From: Treponema sp.
GTDB lineage: Bacteria; Spirochaetota; Spirochaetia; Treponematales; Treponemataceae
DNA length: 64,000 nt
Reading direction: 5' to 3'
Assembly: GCA_016293915.1 (NCBI GenBank)
Contig: JAEDCY010000008.1
Coordinates: forward strand, 2,403-66,402
In this document: piece after piece, positions 17,721-29,017 of the stretch
Position numbering within the stretch: the first letter of the stretch is position 1
Layout of the letters: the number at the start of each line of letters is the position of its first letter
Notes under the pieces: model-generated
Databases searched by the model: none
The model's input: the letters and a program-made list of their open reading frames with translations, nothing else
Told to the model about the DNA's origin: nothing
Position numbers and translations under genes: made by a program

Positions 17721-19803
17721 AAAAATTAGCCGGGTTATATTTGCAATGATTTTTGCTGCAGCAGTTGGAAGTACCGCCAGGCCTCTTTTTGCTGCCGAAT
17801 CAAAAAATGTCCTCAAGCTTTATAACGAAGCGGTTGAACTCCAGAATGATGAAAACTGGTATACTGCTTCTCAGTATTTTATTGAGGTTGTAAATTCAAA
17901 TCCGGCTTTTAGTGATGCATGGTTCCGCCTTGCAGACTGTTCTTATCATCTTGGTGAATATGATCTTGCTTTTCAGTATCTGGAAAGTGCAGAAAAATAT
18001 GAAAAAGATCGCAGCGAAATAAAAAATCTTAAGGGAATGATTCTGCTGGCACTTGGCCGCACCGAAGATGCCCGCCAGATTTTTAATGAAGTTCTTAAAA
18101 AATATCCGAATGACATTGATGCCCATTTTGGTCTTGCAGAAATTGAATTATATGACGGAAAATTTTCAGGGGCAGAAAATCAGTATGCAGAAGCTTTAAA
18201 AAGACAGAACTCAAACAGAAAGGCTCTGCTTTCTCTGGCTCTGGTTTGTGCTGAAACAAAACGCTATGCCCAGTCAGAAAAATATCTGCGACAGGCAATG
18301 CAGTATTATTCAGGCGAACCTGAAGTTCATTATCTTGCTGCAATTATCTATACAATGAAGGGTGATTACAAGGATGCAGAAAAGCATGCCCGTATTGCCG
18401 TAGAAATCCGCGGTGGCTACGAACAGGCTTATGAGCTTCTGGCCCAGATTGTTTACCTTCAGCACCGTTACAGTGAAGTTATCAATCTTTGTGATTTTAT
18501 TATAGGACGCAACAGAAACAGCAGTGCTGCCTGGTATTTAAAAGGAGTGGCACAGTCTAAGCTTGGAAATAATGATGATGCAATTGCAACCTGGGATACC
18601 GGTCTTTCGGTAAATCCTCAGGATGAGCTTATGCGGATGATGCTTGAACTGGTTGCAAAGAATGAACTCGAACTTGATGATAAAAGACGTGCTGTATGGG
18701 CCGATTATCATTTGAATAATGCCCGCCAGTATGACAGCCGTTACGATAAAGCTGGCTCTACTTATGAATATCAGAGGGCTCTTATGCTGGATCCTTCAAA
18801 TGCACAGGCCCGCCTTGCTTACGCAGATATTCTTGAACTGAATGGTATGCATGAGCTTTATCTCAGTCAGTTAAAATTTGTGAATGAAAATTCAGAAGCT
18901 AAGATTTCAACTGGTTTAAAAGATACTATTGAAGCCTATGACTCGCTTCTTAATAATACACTTGCAAAAAGATGGAATGTAGATGCTTTCTATCTGGATA
19001 AGATTCGTTGGAATATTGCTGTTTTCTATACTGAAAATACATCTACCTTTAATCATGCAGACAGCGATCGTCTCACAGCCCTTGCCTGCGGCGATGTTTT
19101 TGCAGGTGTAGCCATTACTTCAGTAAAAACTCAGGTTACTCCTGTTTCAGGCTACGGCGAGGCTTTTAAGAATGCAAGGGCAAATAACTTTGATTATTTT
19201 ATATTAGTTTCGCTTAGTGAAGGAGAGGATGATCTTTCTCTGAGTGCAACAATGTATTCAGGCAGAACCGGTACCGAAACTTTCAATGAAAAATACTACG
19301 CAACCGGAAATAACCGTTTTTCTACGGTACTGCGTCGTTTCCGCAATTCGGTTCTGGAAAAGCTTACTGTGCGCGGGAAAATTTTGCAGCGCAATGGAAA
19401 GACCGTTTTGATAGATCTCGGACGTTCTGAAAACATCATTAAAGATGCAGAGTTTAAGATTGTAAAAAAAGGTGCCGTCAAAACAGCTGATGCCGGAGCC
19501 GGACTTTTCTTCCGTGATGACGATGTTGTTGGAATGCTTGTCGTTACCGAAGCTGGTGAAGAGGTTTCCGAAGCTTCAATTACAAGTCATGGTTTTTATG
19601 ACAGAATTAATGAAGGTGATGAACTGGTACTTGTAAATATGCCTTCTTTGAATTCTGAAGCAGGAATGGATACTGTTCCGAATGCAGATGAAGAGGGAAA
19701 TTCTCTCGTTAATAACAGTGTAAAGGGCGATGAACTTGTGGCAGAAATTAAGAAAGCTGTAGAGCGCCCTGCAATCATTGAGCTTTTAAGAAAGATAAGA
19801 TAA
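17698..19803 (+). CDS. secreted TPR-repeat protein
   Basis: Signal-like N-terminus (SRVIFAMIFAAAVGSTARPLFA) and multiple TPR-like units (AWFRLADCSYHLGEYDLAFQYLE, AHFGLAEIELYDGKF and others). Confidence 0.7.
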   Translation: MMERMMSKKISRVIFAMIFAAAVGSTARPLFAAESKNVLKLYNEAVELQNDENWYTASQYFIEVVNSNPAFSDAWFRLADCSYHLGEYDLAFQYLESAEKYEKDRSEIKNLKGMILLALGRTEDARQIFNEVLKKYPNDIDAHFGLAEIELYDGKFSGAENQYAEALKRQNSNRKALLSLALVCAETKRYAQSEKYLRQAMQYYSGEPEVHYLAAIIYTMKGDYKDAEKHARIAVEIRGGYEQAYELLAQIVYLQHRYSEVINLCDFIIGRNRNSSAAWYLKGVAQSKLGNNDDAIATWDTGLSVNPQDELMRMMLELVAKNELELDDKRRAVWADYHLNNARQYDSRYDKAGSTYEYQRALMLDPSNAQARLAYADILELNGMHELYLSQLKFVNENSEAKISTGLKDTIEAYDSLLNNTLAKRWNVDAFYLDKIRWNIAVFYTENTSTFNHADSDRLTALACGDVFAGVAITSVKTQVTPVSGYGEAFKNARANNFDYFILVSLSEGEDDLSLSATMYSGRTGTETFNEKYYATGNNRFSTVLRRFRNSVLEKLTVRGKILQRNGKTVLIDLGRSENIIKDAEFKIVKKGAVKTADAGAGLFFRDDDVVGMLVVTEAGEEVSEASITSHGFYDRINEGDELVLVNMPSLNSEAGMDTVPNADEEGNSLVNNSVKGDELVAEIKKAVERPAIIELLRKIR

Positions 19804-19834
19804 AAGAATTGCCCTTTTAAGGCGGCAATTGAAA

Positions 19835-20710
19835 TTATAATCTGTCAAGAGAAGCTTCAAGCCACTTTGAGGCGAGAGTCGGATAAACAGACTGAATTCT
19901 TACAAAACTTCGAACTGCATCTTCATAATTTTTATTAAAATACTGTGATTCTCCAAGATAAAAACTTGCCCGGTTTCTTGTTTCTTCACTGATATTTGTT
20001 CCAATCAGCTGATTAAGCTTATCAATTGCTTCTTTATAGTTTCTTGTTACAAATGAAGTTTTCAAGATTTCGAAAAGAAGATAAGCATCACCACTTTCTG
20101 GAGAAACAAGATCTTCTTCAAAAATGTATGGCGTCAAAGGTGAAGAAATCGAAGCTTTTTTATTTCCACCTGTAAGCTTTGTAACATTTGAAGCAGTTTT
20201 ATCTGAAATCAGTGGTTCTGCACCAGCTCCTTCAATAATATCAAGATAAGGAAGTGGAGTTTTTCGCAAGGTTCCATCAGGATAAACTGTCTCATAATCC
20301 GTTTTTTCTGCCGGCACATCACTCTGCTTTTTTGCGGTAAGGTGTACTCCAGTTATTGTGGAATTGAATGAAAGCAGTACAACATCATAAGGGCCTGCCG
20401 TAGTCTCCGAAATTATGGTGTAATAATAATCTCTGAGATCTCCAAGAGTATCTGTGTATGAGCTGCTATCCGGTGCAATTGCAGCAATCGGTTCGAGACC
20501 TTCAAGCTGGTTGTAAGAAGTAATCTGCTCTGTAGTTCTGTAAATTAAAAGATTATATAATGCCGGTTCCGGTTTTTTAGGAAGCTGCCAGGTAATTTTT
20601 ACTTTTGTTCCGCTGCCAGCCCGTGCCTGAATATCACGAATAAGAGGCCGGTCTGCAAATAAGAAAGTGGCTGCGGTAATCAAAATAAGCGAGCAAAATA
20701 ATTTCTTCAT
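19835..20710 (-). CDS. hypothetical secreted protein with C-terminal TPR-like (YbgF-like) region
   Basis: The start is set at MKKLFCSLILITAATFLFA (ATG 20710). The C-terminus reads RNRASFYLGESQYFNKNYEDAVRSFVRIQSVYP. Confidence 0.6.
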   Translation of the reverse strand: MKKLFCSLILITAATFLFADRPLIRDIQARAGSGTKVKITWQLPKKPEPALYNLLIYRTTEQITSYNQLEGLEPIAAIAPDSSSYTDTLGDLRDYYYTIISETTAGPYDVVLLSFNSTITGVHLTAKKQSDVPAEKTDYETVYPDGTLRKTPLPYLDIIEGAGAEPLISDKTASNVTKLTGGNKKASISSPLTPYIFEEDLVSPESGDAYLLFEILKTSFVTRNYKEAIDKLNQLIGTNISEETRNRASFYLGESQYFNKNYEDAVRSFVRIQSVYPTLASKWLEASLDRL

Positions 20711-20794
20711 AGTTACAATAATATCATGGAAATATGTTTTTGTCATAAATATGTGACATTGTTCAAAAGTCATTTTTCGTGTATTCTATAAACT

Positions 20795-21932
20795 ATGTTA
20801 GAAGAAATAAAATTACCTGTTGAACAGTTGAGAGAAGAAATCATGAATGTTTGGGGGCGTCTTTGACTCTGCCGCAATTGAAAAAGCTATAGCAGAAAAA
20901 GAAAAGCTTACAGAAGCCCCTGGTTTCTGGGATGACCACGAAGCCGCAGAAAAGGTAATGAGCCAGATTAGAAAGCTCAAAAACCGCATAGAACCCTGGA
21001 AAAAAATCATTGCAGATATGGATGACCTCGAAGCCATGTACGAGCTGGCCGCAGAATCAGGCGAGCAAAGTGACGAAGATGAAGTTCGTACAATGTATGA
21101 GGCTGCAAAAGCACAGTTTGATAAGCTGAATATCTTAAACCTGCTTTCAGGTGAAGTTGATCAGAATGATGCCTTCCTTACTGTACATGCGGGAGCCGGC
21201 GGAACAGAAGCCTGTGACTGGGCCTTTATGCTCAGCCGTATGTACCTGCGCTGGGCAGAACGTCACGGTTATAAAACAGAAGTTGTAGATGAACTTGAAG
21301 CAGAAGGCGGAATCAAATCTATCACAATTCAGATAAGTGGTGACTTTGTTTACGGTTATTTGAAAGGAGAGGGTGGTATTCACCGTCTGGTACGTATTTC
21401 ACCTTTTGATGCAAATGCCCGCCGCCACACCAGCTTTGCTTCAGTTTATGTTTATCCTGTTCTTGATGATACTATTGAAGTTGATATTAAGCCGGAAGAC
21501 CTTCGTGTAGATACCTACCGTGCAGGTGGAAAGGGTGGACAGCATGTAAATAAAACTGACTCAGCTGTTCGCTTTACTCATATACCAACGGGAATTGTAG
21601 TGGCCTGCCAGACAGAACGCAGTCAGCTTATGAACCGCCAGACTTGTATGAACATGCTCAAGGCTCGTCTTTATGAATATTACCGGGAGCAGAAAGAAAA
21701 AGAAAACTCAAAGTTTATGGCAGAAAAGAAAGATATCTCTTTTGGAAGCCAGATTCGCTCTTATGTTTTCTGCCCTTATACAATGGTAAAGGATCATCGT
21801 ACACGCTACTCTGTAGGAAATATTCAGGCAGTTATGGACGGCGATCTTGATGATTTTATGAACGCATACCTTGTTGCAAAATGGAAAGGTCTTCCAATGG
21901 ATGGCTCGGGAGATGATGACGAAGAAGTATAA
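20795..21932 (+). CDS. prfB: peptide chain release factor 2 (programmed +1 frameshift: 20795-20863 joined to 20865-21932)
   Basis: Frame 0 reads MLEEIKLPVEQLREEIMNVWGRL then TGA. The slip site is CTT TGA C at 20861-20867, with the SD-like GGGGG just upstream. The +1 frame continues DSAAIEK... and carries SPF (RISPFDA) and GGQ (GGKGGQHVNKT). Confidence 0.95.
20861..20867 (+). other. RF2 autoregulatory +1 frameshift site CTT-TGA-C
   Basis: Exact match to the classical CUU UGA C motif, with an internal Shine-Dalgarno-like GGGGG 3 nt upstream. Confidence 0.9.
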
Positions 21933-23607
21933 AAAACTGCGGGCAGTTGTCTTAGTGTTTACTTTTCTCTGGGCTTCTTTTTCACCTCTTTTTGGTGAAG
22001 ATGGAAAATGGGTTATTGCAGCTCAGAAATTTATTTATGCACGCGGGCAGACAAAAAATGCCGTTACTTCAAATATTGAGGAAACTATTCCAATCAATAT
22101 CCTCGAAAAAATCAGCAGATCGCTGGAACGTAACATTATGCCAAATGAACGTTTTGAGCGTGAAAATTATAAATTACGTACAGAAAGACAGTCTCTTTAT
22201 CTTCAGCTTTCAAGTGAATATAAAAAACGAGATTCACTGGTTTTAAATAATTATTCTGATATGCGTATGAAATCAGAATTAAAAGCTGAAGAAAAAAAAA
22301 TAAAGCAGATTCAGGAAAAACTTGAAAAGAATATTGCAGAGCAGAAAGAAAAATATGAAAAAGCAGAAGTCCAGATGCATCTGGCTGCAGGTGAAGTTGA
22401 TGATGATGACAACGTTGAGCTTAATGAAGCAGAGCTTGTAAAAAATCTCATAAAGAACATTTTTGAACAGAGTGAAGATTTAATTACAGAAGAAAATATT
22501 GCACTCTACAAAGATAGCGTAGAAAGTCTTTTTAAAACTACAGTAAAAGTAAAAGAAACAGATTATACAGAACCTCTTTTTGAAAAAGAAGTTGTTTCGT
22601 CTGGAATAAATGGTTTAATTACAGGGCAAATTACTTCTTATGGTGATTTTATTTCTGTAGCTGTAGATTTGTATAATTATCCTGGAGCTAAAAAAATTGG
22701 TTCTGTAATGGAAGTTGGTGAGATTAAGGAACTTGATTTGATTACTTCAGAAATCTCCCGGCAGATACTTCCAATGATAGTAAATACATTACCAGTGAAA
22801 TTTGTTTTTTCTATAGAGCCGGAAGAGGCAAAAGAAAAACTTTCAATATATGTAGATGATGTTCTTCAAAAAATGGAAAACGATACCGTTTCTCTGGATT
22901 CTGGAAGTCATAGAATTCAGTTTGTTTCTGAAGGTTATAAATCAGCTGGAGTAACTTATTTTTTTGAAGGAAATAAAAAATACAATATTGAAGTAAAATT
23001 CGAAAGACCGGTAATAGGCCATATACAGTTACAGTTAAAAAATGAACTGCCTGGAAATATTTATGCAAATGCTGAACCTGCTTTAAAATTTGATGACAGA
23101 AATTCTCAAATTTCTATTAATGGAAATACTATTCTTGGTGAGTTTATTACAGAAGATAATGAAACTGCTTTCTTTTATATTCCAAAAAAACAGACATTTG
23201 ATGGAAGTGCCGTAACTTTGAATCCAAAGCCGAGAGACAGAACGGAATATGTTAATACAAGGCGAAAATGGATGTACGGTGCATATACGGTGTTTATGAT
23301 ATCTTTAATTCCAACATTTTATACTTTTGGAAACTTTCAGATTAATAAAGATTTGTATTCAAAACAACAGATTGATTTTGAAACTGCAAAACGATGGCAG
23401 ACAGCATCTAATATATCTTCAACAATCAGTATCTGTTGTGGAGTTTTCTGGGGAATTGAACTGATCAGATATCTTGTAGCTGCAAATTCTGTTTTGCCAC
23501 AGAATGTAAAGCCTGGTATTGTGTCTGAGCAGGTTCCGGTGGGGATTCCTCCGGTTGAAACACAGCAGGAAGAAGCTGTGGAAATTGAAAATGAAAATCA
23601 GCAATAA
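21913..23607 (+). CDS. hypothetical membrane protein (signal peptide, coiled-coil region, C-terminal TM helices)
   Basis: The likely start MMTKKYKKLRAVVLVFTFLWASFSPLFG overlaps the prfB end. No family recognised. Confidence 0.6.
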   Translation: MMTKKYKKLRAVVLVFTFLWASFSPLFGEDGKWVIAAQKFIYARGQTKNAVTSNIEETIPINILEKISRSLERNIMPNERFERENYKLRTERQSLYLQLSSEYKKRDSLVLNNYSDMRMKSELKAEEKKIKQIQEKLEKNIAEQKEKYEKAEVQMHLAAGEVDDDDNVELNEAELVKNLIKNIFEQSEDLITEENIALYKDSVESLFKTTVKVKETDYTEPLFEKEVVSSGINGLITGQITSYGDFISVAVDLYNYPGAKKIGSVMEVGEIKELDLITSEISRQILPMIVNTLPVKFVFSIEPEEAKEKLSIYVDDVLQKMENDTVSLDSGSHRIQFVSEGYKSAGVTYFFEGNKKYNIEVKFERPVIGHIQLQLKNELPGNIYANAEPALKFDDRNSQISINGNTILGEFITEDNETAFFYIPKKQTFDGSAVTLNPKPRDRTEYVNTRRKWMYGAYTVFMISLIPTFYTFGNFQINKDLYSKQQIDFETAKRWQTASNISSTISICCGVFWGIELIRYLVAANSVLPQNVKPGIVSEQVPVGIPPVETQQEEAVEIENENQQ

Positions 23608-23636
23608 AAAGAATTTAAAATAAGGAGATTATAAAT

Positions 23637-24509
23637 ATGAAAAAATCCTTTGGTGAAAAATTAAAATCCTTGTTTTCAAAAGGAAGTTCAATAAATGAAG
23701 ATTTTTTTGATGAGCTTACAGATATGCTTGTTGAAGGAGATATTGGAGCTAAAACTGCTTTTGAAGTGGTTGATGAACTTGAATCAATTTGTAATAAAGA
23801 AAAAATCCGTGAACAGAATGAAATTGTTGAGAAATTAAAGGAACTGCTTTTACAGGATGTGCGTTCAGTTTCTCTTGTACCGGAAGCTGGTAAACAGAAT
23901 GTATGGATGATGCTTGGAGTAAATGGAGTTGGTAAAACAACTTCTGCTGCCAAGCTTGCAGATTATTTTAAGAATAATGGTGTAGAAAATATTGTTCTTG
24001 CAAGTGCAGATACTTTCCGCGCTGCTGCTATTGAACAACTTGCTCTGCATGGACAAAAGCTTGGGGTTCGTGTTGTAAGCCATCAGCATGGTTCAGATCC
24101 TTCTGCTGTTGTTTTTGACGCTGCGGATGCTCTTCGTGCGGCAGGCCCTGGACTTGTAATTGCAGATACAGCAGGTCGTCTTCATAATAAAGAAAACCTT
24201 GTGCGTGAGCTTCAGAAAATAGATCGTACCTGTTCTTTAAAAGCCGATGAAGGTTGTTATAAAAAGATTCTTGTAATTGATGCAACTACCGGACAGAATG
24301 CACTTCGACAGGCAGAGGTTTTTAATGAGGCTGTAAAAATCGATGCAATTATTATGACAAAATATGATTCTACTGCAAAAGGTGGAGTCGCAGTTTCAAT
24401 TGGCCGTGAACTTAGTCTGCCAGTTGCTTATGTGTGTACAGGTGAAGGTTATAAAGATATCGGTCCTTTTGATGCTGCCTCATATATAAATGATTTTCTT
24501 GGATTGTAA
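23637..24509 (+). CDS. ftsY: signal recognition particle receptor FtsY
   Basis: MLGVNGVGKTTSAAKLA, DTAGRLHNK and TKYDSTAKGG. Confidence 0.95.
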   Translation: MKKSFGEKLKSLFSKGSSINEDFFDELTDMLVEGDIGAKTAFEVVDELESICNKEKIREQNEIVEKLKELLLQDVRSVSLVPEAGKQNVWMMLGVNGVGKTTSAAKLADYFKNNGVENIVLASADTFRAAAIEQLALHGQKLGVRVVSHQHGSDPSAVVFDAADALRAAGPGLVIADTAGRLHNKENLVRELQKIDRTCSLKADEGCYKKILVIDATTGQNALRQAEVFNEAVKIDAIIMTKYDSTAKGGVAVSIGRELSLPVAYVCTGEGYKDIGPFDAASYINDFLGL

Positions 24510-24512
24510 ATT

Positions 24513-25706
24513 GTGAAAATAAATCTGAAGTTTCTGCTGGATTCTTTTACCAGATTTGGAAAGAAAAAGATTCTCATTATTTCAATAGTACTTGTTGCTT
24601 TAATAAGTATCTTGTTGTCATCAGCAATTTTTTTGTCTAAAAAATCGAAAAGAGGAGAAGCTGAAGAGTCGAAAAATCACAATGAAGAATTATCTTTTGA
24701 TATAGATTTATATAATCCTGCTTTAGATGATGCAACGTGGGTTGAATCAGTTTTTGCAAGAATTGAAGAAGAAAGAATTGCAGAAGAACTTCGAATAATG
24801 GAAGAAAGTCTTGAAGAATATCAGATAGATGATGCGAGTGAACTTATAAAGGACGATGAGGAAGAATCTACAATGAATTCAGAATCAGAATCATCAGAAG
24901 TGTCAGAAATGTCTGATGAAACAAATGATTCACAGGCAGAAGAAACTCTGTCTGAAATAGAAAATTTTTTTAGTGAAGAAAAAGAAGAAGTTACAAAAAC
25001 TGGAAAAAATGATTTGCTGAGTTTTTATGAATTTGACAATGAAATCTTTACATCACAGGATTCAGAAGGTAATCATATTTTAGTTCATTCCATGAAAGAA
25101 AAAGTAAATAGATTTTTTTATGACGATGAATACAAACTTATAAAAAAAGAAGTATGGAATATACCTTCAGCATCTAAGGCAGCTTTAGAAAAAACGGAAA
25201 CTTATAAATATTTTGAAAATTCAAAAGTTGTTTCTGAAAAGGAAATTACAGGGCCATATACGGTAGAAAATGTAAAATATAATAATGATGGAAAAACACT
25301 TTCTGCTGAAAAATATGCAGTGTTTGAAGAAAAAGAACATATAACAGAAAAAAGACATTTTTCATATGATGATGATGGAAATCTTTTATCTGATGAATTA
25401 AAAGAATACTTTTATAAAGCAGATGATTATAAAGATCTGGATTATTCTTTTACAAAAAAATATCTGTATTCATATAACGATGAAGGAATTCCGCCTGATT
25501 TTAAATATTTTGAAAACGGTATTTTAAAAATGCATAATAAGTATTCAACAGAAAAAGGAAACTTTACAAGCCGAATATTTTTTGACGAAGGGCTTTCTGT
25601 AAAATCATATTATGAAAACAATATTCGTGTTCGCGATGTTTATTACAGAAACAACAGTATTATAAGGGAGAAGGTTTATGAAGAACCTGAAAAATCAGAA
25701 GAATAA
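24513..25706 (+). CDS. hypothetical membrane-anchored protein with an acidic S/E-rich linker
   Basis: GTG start and one N-terminal TM helix (ILIISIVLVALISILLSSAIFL). No family recognised. Confidence 0.55.
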   Translation: MKINLKFLLDSFTRFGKKKILIISIVLVALISILLSSAIFLSKKSKRGEAEESKNHNEELSFDIDLYNPALDDATWVESVFARIEEERIAEELRIMEESLEEYQIDDASELIKDDEEESTMNSESESSEVSEMSDETNDSQAEETLSEIENFFSEEKEEVTKTGKNDLLSFYEFDNEIFTSQDSEGNHILVHSMKEKVNRFFYDDEYKLIKKEVWNIPSASKAALEKTETYKYFENSKVVSEKEITGPYTVENVKYNNDGKTLSAEKYAVFEEKEHITEKRHFSYDDDGNLLSDELKEYFYKADDYKDLDYSFTKKYLYSYNDEGIPPDFKYFENGILKMHNKYSTEKGNFTSRIFFDEGLSVKSYYENNIRVRDVYYRNNSIIREKVYEEPEKSEE

Positions 25707-27012
25707 TTTTTTTAATAGTCTCCGCTGGATTTCTGTTGTTTCCAGACGTTTTGCGCGAGTTGACCGAAAGGGGCGCTCTTCTGTCACTTCTGTGCTTGCA
25801 ACTCTTGGAATTTGTTTTGGTGTTATGACGCTTACTGTTGTTATGAGTGTTATGAACGGTTTTCAGATGAGTTTTATTGATTCGATTCTCGAAGTTTCAT
25901 CTTATCATCTGAGGGTGATAAATGTGGCACCGGAGCAGGAGAATGCTCTGAAAGCGGCTTGTGAGACGGAAAAAAGGATCAGGGCCTGTGTGCCATTTTA
26001 TGAGGCGCAGGCTCTTATGACCGGAGAAAAAGGCGGAGCTGTAGCTGTAAATGTTCGTGCTGCTGATGAATCAATTTATTATAAAGATGAAGGTTTTAAA
26101 AAAGAATTAAGAATGATTTCTGGTAGTTTTGATTTTTCAGAAACTGATTCAATCATACTTGGAAGTACACTTGCAAGAAATCTTGGAGTCCGCACCGGAG
26201 ACACCGTAAACCTTCTGGTCATGAGTGGCGGAAGCGACGTAGACCTCTTTTCATCCGACCGTCTTTTTACAGTGCGCGGAATTTTTACAACCGGCTATGC
26301 AGAGATAAACAGTGCCTGCGCATTTACAGGAACTGCTGCTGCAGAAAAATATTTTGGGGCTTCGGCAAAAAAAATCTGGGGAATCAAAATCAGAAATTAT
26401 GATAAAGAGTTGGGTGTTGTCGCAAGCCTTAAAAAACAACTGGGCTTGTCAGATTCATCAAAAACTCAAATACAGTCATGGCGAAGCTTTAACAAAACCT
26501 TTTTTGGTGCCCTGCGAATCGAAAAAAACATGCTGCTGCTGCTTGTCGCTTTAATTTTCGTTGTTGTTGCAATAAATATTTATAACGGTATGAGACGACT
26601 TGTATTTGAAAGGCGTACAGAAATAGCTGTGCTTTCAGCTCTTGGGGCTCGTAAAGGCGGAATAAAATCAATTTTTATTATGCGGGGGGTTATTATGGGA
26701 ACAGTGGGGGCTCTCACAGGTGTTGTTCTTGGCATAATAATCAGTTTGAATACAGATGTTGTTTTTACTCTTGCAGCAAAGTTAATGTATGGAATTCAAT
26801 ATCTTATAACAGCTCTTACAGATCGTCAGAATCTGCAGTATGTTCAAATTAATTCTTCCTATAATCTTTATGCAAGCATTCCTGCCCGATTGTTTCCGGG
26901 AGAAGTAACTGCAATAACTTTGTTCGGAGTTTTTTCTCCTTTAATTGCTTCCTGGGCAGCAAGCAGAAATGTTTTAAAATTGACAGTTTCGGAGGTACTC
27001 CACAATGAGTAA
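25678..27012 (+). CDS. LolC/LolE-like ABC transporter permease (MacB/FtsX fold)
   Basis: N-terminal TM helix, large periplasmic domain and C-terminal FtsX-like TM bundle. Adjacent to the LolD-like ATPase. Confidence 0.8.
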   Translation: MKNLKNQKNNFFNSLRWISVVSRRFARVDRKGRSSVTSVLATLGICFGVMTLTVVMSVMNGFQMSFIDSILEVSSYHLRVINVAPEQENALKAACETEKRIRACVPFYEAQALMTGEKGGAVAVNVRAADESIYYKDEGFKKELRMISGSFDFSETDSIILGSTLARNLGVRTGDTVNLLVMSGGSDVDLFSSDRLFTVRGIFTTGYAEINSACAFTGTAAAEKYFGASAKKIWGIKIRNYDKELGVVASLKKQLGLSDSSKTQIQSWRSFNKTFFGALRIEKNMLLLLVALIFVVVAINIYNGMRRLVFERRTEIAVLSALGARKGGIKSIFIMRGVIMGTVGALTGVVLGIIISLNTDVVFTLAAKLMYGIQYLITALTDRQNLQYVQINSSYNLYASIPARLFPGEVTAITLFGVFSPLIASWAASRNVLKLTVSEVLHNE

Positions 27013-27679
27013 AAATATCCTGACTATAAAAAATCTTGAAAAAGTTTACGTTACAGACAGCGAAAAACTTACCGTTCTCAAGGGATTGAATCTTAGTGTT
27101 GATGAAGGTTCTAAAATTGCTATTGTCGGTGAAAGTGGCAGCGGCAAGAGTACCCTTCTGAATATTATTGGTGGAATTGATAATGCTACAAGTGGAAGTG
27201 TTCAGGCCGGTGAGTGGGAAGTTACAAAACTAAACGAGGTAAAAATGTCTGAATACCGCTCGCACTTTCTGGGTTTGATTTTTCAGTTTCATTATCTTCT
27301 TAAAGATTTTACTGCCCTTGAAAACGTTTATATGCCGGCTTTGATAGCAGGCCTTTCAAAAAAAGAAGCAATTGAAAGAGCCGAAGCTCTCCTATGTGAT
27401 GTTGGTGTTTCGGAACGTATGAATCATTTGCCGTCTCAACTTTCTGGTGGTGAACGCCAGCGGGTTGCAGTAGCCCGTGCTTTAATTAATGATCCAAATC
27501 TTATTCTTGCAGATGAACCTACTGGAAACCTTGACCCTGCAAACGCTCAGAAAATAGGTGAACTTCTTTTTTCTATGGCAGATAAATATAAAAAAACGCT
27601 TATTCTTGTAACTCATGATATGAAGCTTGCAGCTAATGGAGACAGTCAGTTCCGTATTGTGGAGGGCCACCTTAAATGA
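27005..27679 (+). CDS. lolD: lipoprotein-releasing ABC transporter ATP-binding protein LolD-like
   Basis: [25 protein letters not shown] and [10 protein letters not shown]. Confidence 0.85.
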   Translation: MSKNILTIKNLEKVYVTDSEKLTVLKGLNLSVDEGSKIAIVGESGSGKSTLLNIIGGIDNATSGSVQAGEWEVTKLNEVKMSEYRSHFLGLIFQFHYLLKDFTALENVYMPALIAGLSKKEAIERAEALLCDVGVSERMNHLPSQLSGGERQRVAVARALINDPNLILADEPTGNLDPANAQKIGELLFSMADKYKKTLILVTHDMKLAANGDSQFRIVEGHLK

Positions 27680-28992
27680 GACTTTCATATTCCTTAAAAT
27701 TTGCAAAGAGTCTCATTTTTCCAAAGTCCGAAAAAAAGTCTATTGCCCGTAAAAGTCTTTTTGGGGCGGTGCTTTGTATAGGGCTTAGTATTGTTCCTCT
27801 TGTTGTTGTTACCTCAGTTACTAATGGTATGATAGACGGAATGACAGAGCGCATTATAGGACTTTCTTCGTCTCACATTCAGGCCTTCGTAGCTCCAAAT
27901 ATTTCAAAGGTTGGCACTGCAGAAAGCTTTATGGATTATGCAAAAAATCTGTTTTCCTGCAGGGGGGTGCTTGCTGCTTATCCCGAAGTAGAGATTTCGG
28001 CAATTGCAGTCGGAAAAAACGGAAGAAGTGGCGCTGAAATACGTGCCCTTGAAAAAGATATCTTTGTGCGAAATAAATCATTCGAAAAACTTTTTGAAGT
28101 TTGTGAAGGAAATATTTCTGATTTTGTAAAGCCTGATGAAAAGGAAAAACGCTCTCCGGTAGTTATTGGAAAGAAAATGGCAGAAGAGCTCGAACTTCAC
28201 AGCGGAGATCTTCTTAGAATAGTTACAACAAGGACTGTTGGAGAAAAAATAATTCCAAAGCTTACTTCTTTTAAAATTTCTGCAATAGTTTCTTCTGGTT
28301 ATCAGGAGCTGGATCAGTTCTGGGTATTTATTCCAATCGAAGCTGCCTATTCAAATCTTTCAATGGAAAGTGCTGAATTCAATGTTATGATAGAAACAGC
28401 AGATGCCTTTTCTCCTGAACTTGTCGCAATTCAAAAAAGGGTGAGTGAATATTTTGGACGATATGCAAATGTTTATCGCTGGGACCAGATTCACACTGCA
28501 GAATTCGAAAATTTTTCATCTACAAAGGTAATGCTTGTTTTTGTAATGATGCTGATTGTTCTTGTTGCTACGGTAAATATTTCTTCTGCAATCGTAATGC
28601 TTGTAATGGAGCGTCAGAAGGAAATTGCAATATTAAAGAGTATTGGTGCAAAACCTCAGGGAATCACTTTTGCCTTTTTACTGGCGGCTCTTTCTTGTGG
28701 AGGCTTTGGACTTTTAATCGGGCTTCCTGTGGGAATCCTTTTGACTCTTTTTTCAAATCAGATTGTTCATGGACTTGAGAGTCTTGTAAACTTTTTTGCA
28801 GTAATGGGTGAGGGCAGTCAGGTTCACCTTATGGATCCGGCTTATTATTTGAGTGAAATTCCTGTTGAAATTCCTGTAAAACAGATTATCCTTATAATTA
28901 TAGCAGTTTTATTGCTTTCGGTACTGGTTTCATATCTGCCTTCCCGAAAGGCTGGCCGTGAAAAACCTCTTGATATTTTGAGGAAGAATTAG
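27676..28992 (+). CDS. second LolC/LolE-like ABC transporter permease
   Basis: Same architecture as 25678-27012 and a 4-nt overlap with lolD. Confidence 0.8.
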   Translation: MRLSYSLKFAKSLIFPKSEKKSIARKSLFGAVLCIGLSIVPLVVVTSVTNGMIDGMTERIIGLSSSHIQAFVAPNISKVGTAESFMDYAKNLFSCRGVLAAYPEVEISAIAVGKNGRSGAEIRALEKDIFVRNKSFEKLFEVCEGNISDFVKPDEKEKRSPVVIGKKMAEELELHSGDLLRIVTTRTVGEKIIPKLTSFKISAIVSSGYQELDQFWVFIPIEAAYSNLSMESAEFNVMIETADAFSPELVAIQKRVSEYFGRYANVYRWDQIHTAEFENFSSTKVMLVFVMMLIVLVATVNISSAIVMLVMERQKEIAILKSIGAKPQGITFAFLLAALSCGGFGLLIGLPVGILLTLFSNQIVHGLESLVNFFAVMGEGSQVHLMDPAYYLSEIPVEIPVKQIILIIIAVLLLSVLVSYLPSRKAGREKPLDILRKN

Positions 28993-29017
28993 GATAATCA
29001 GTGAACTTGTAATAAAG

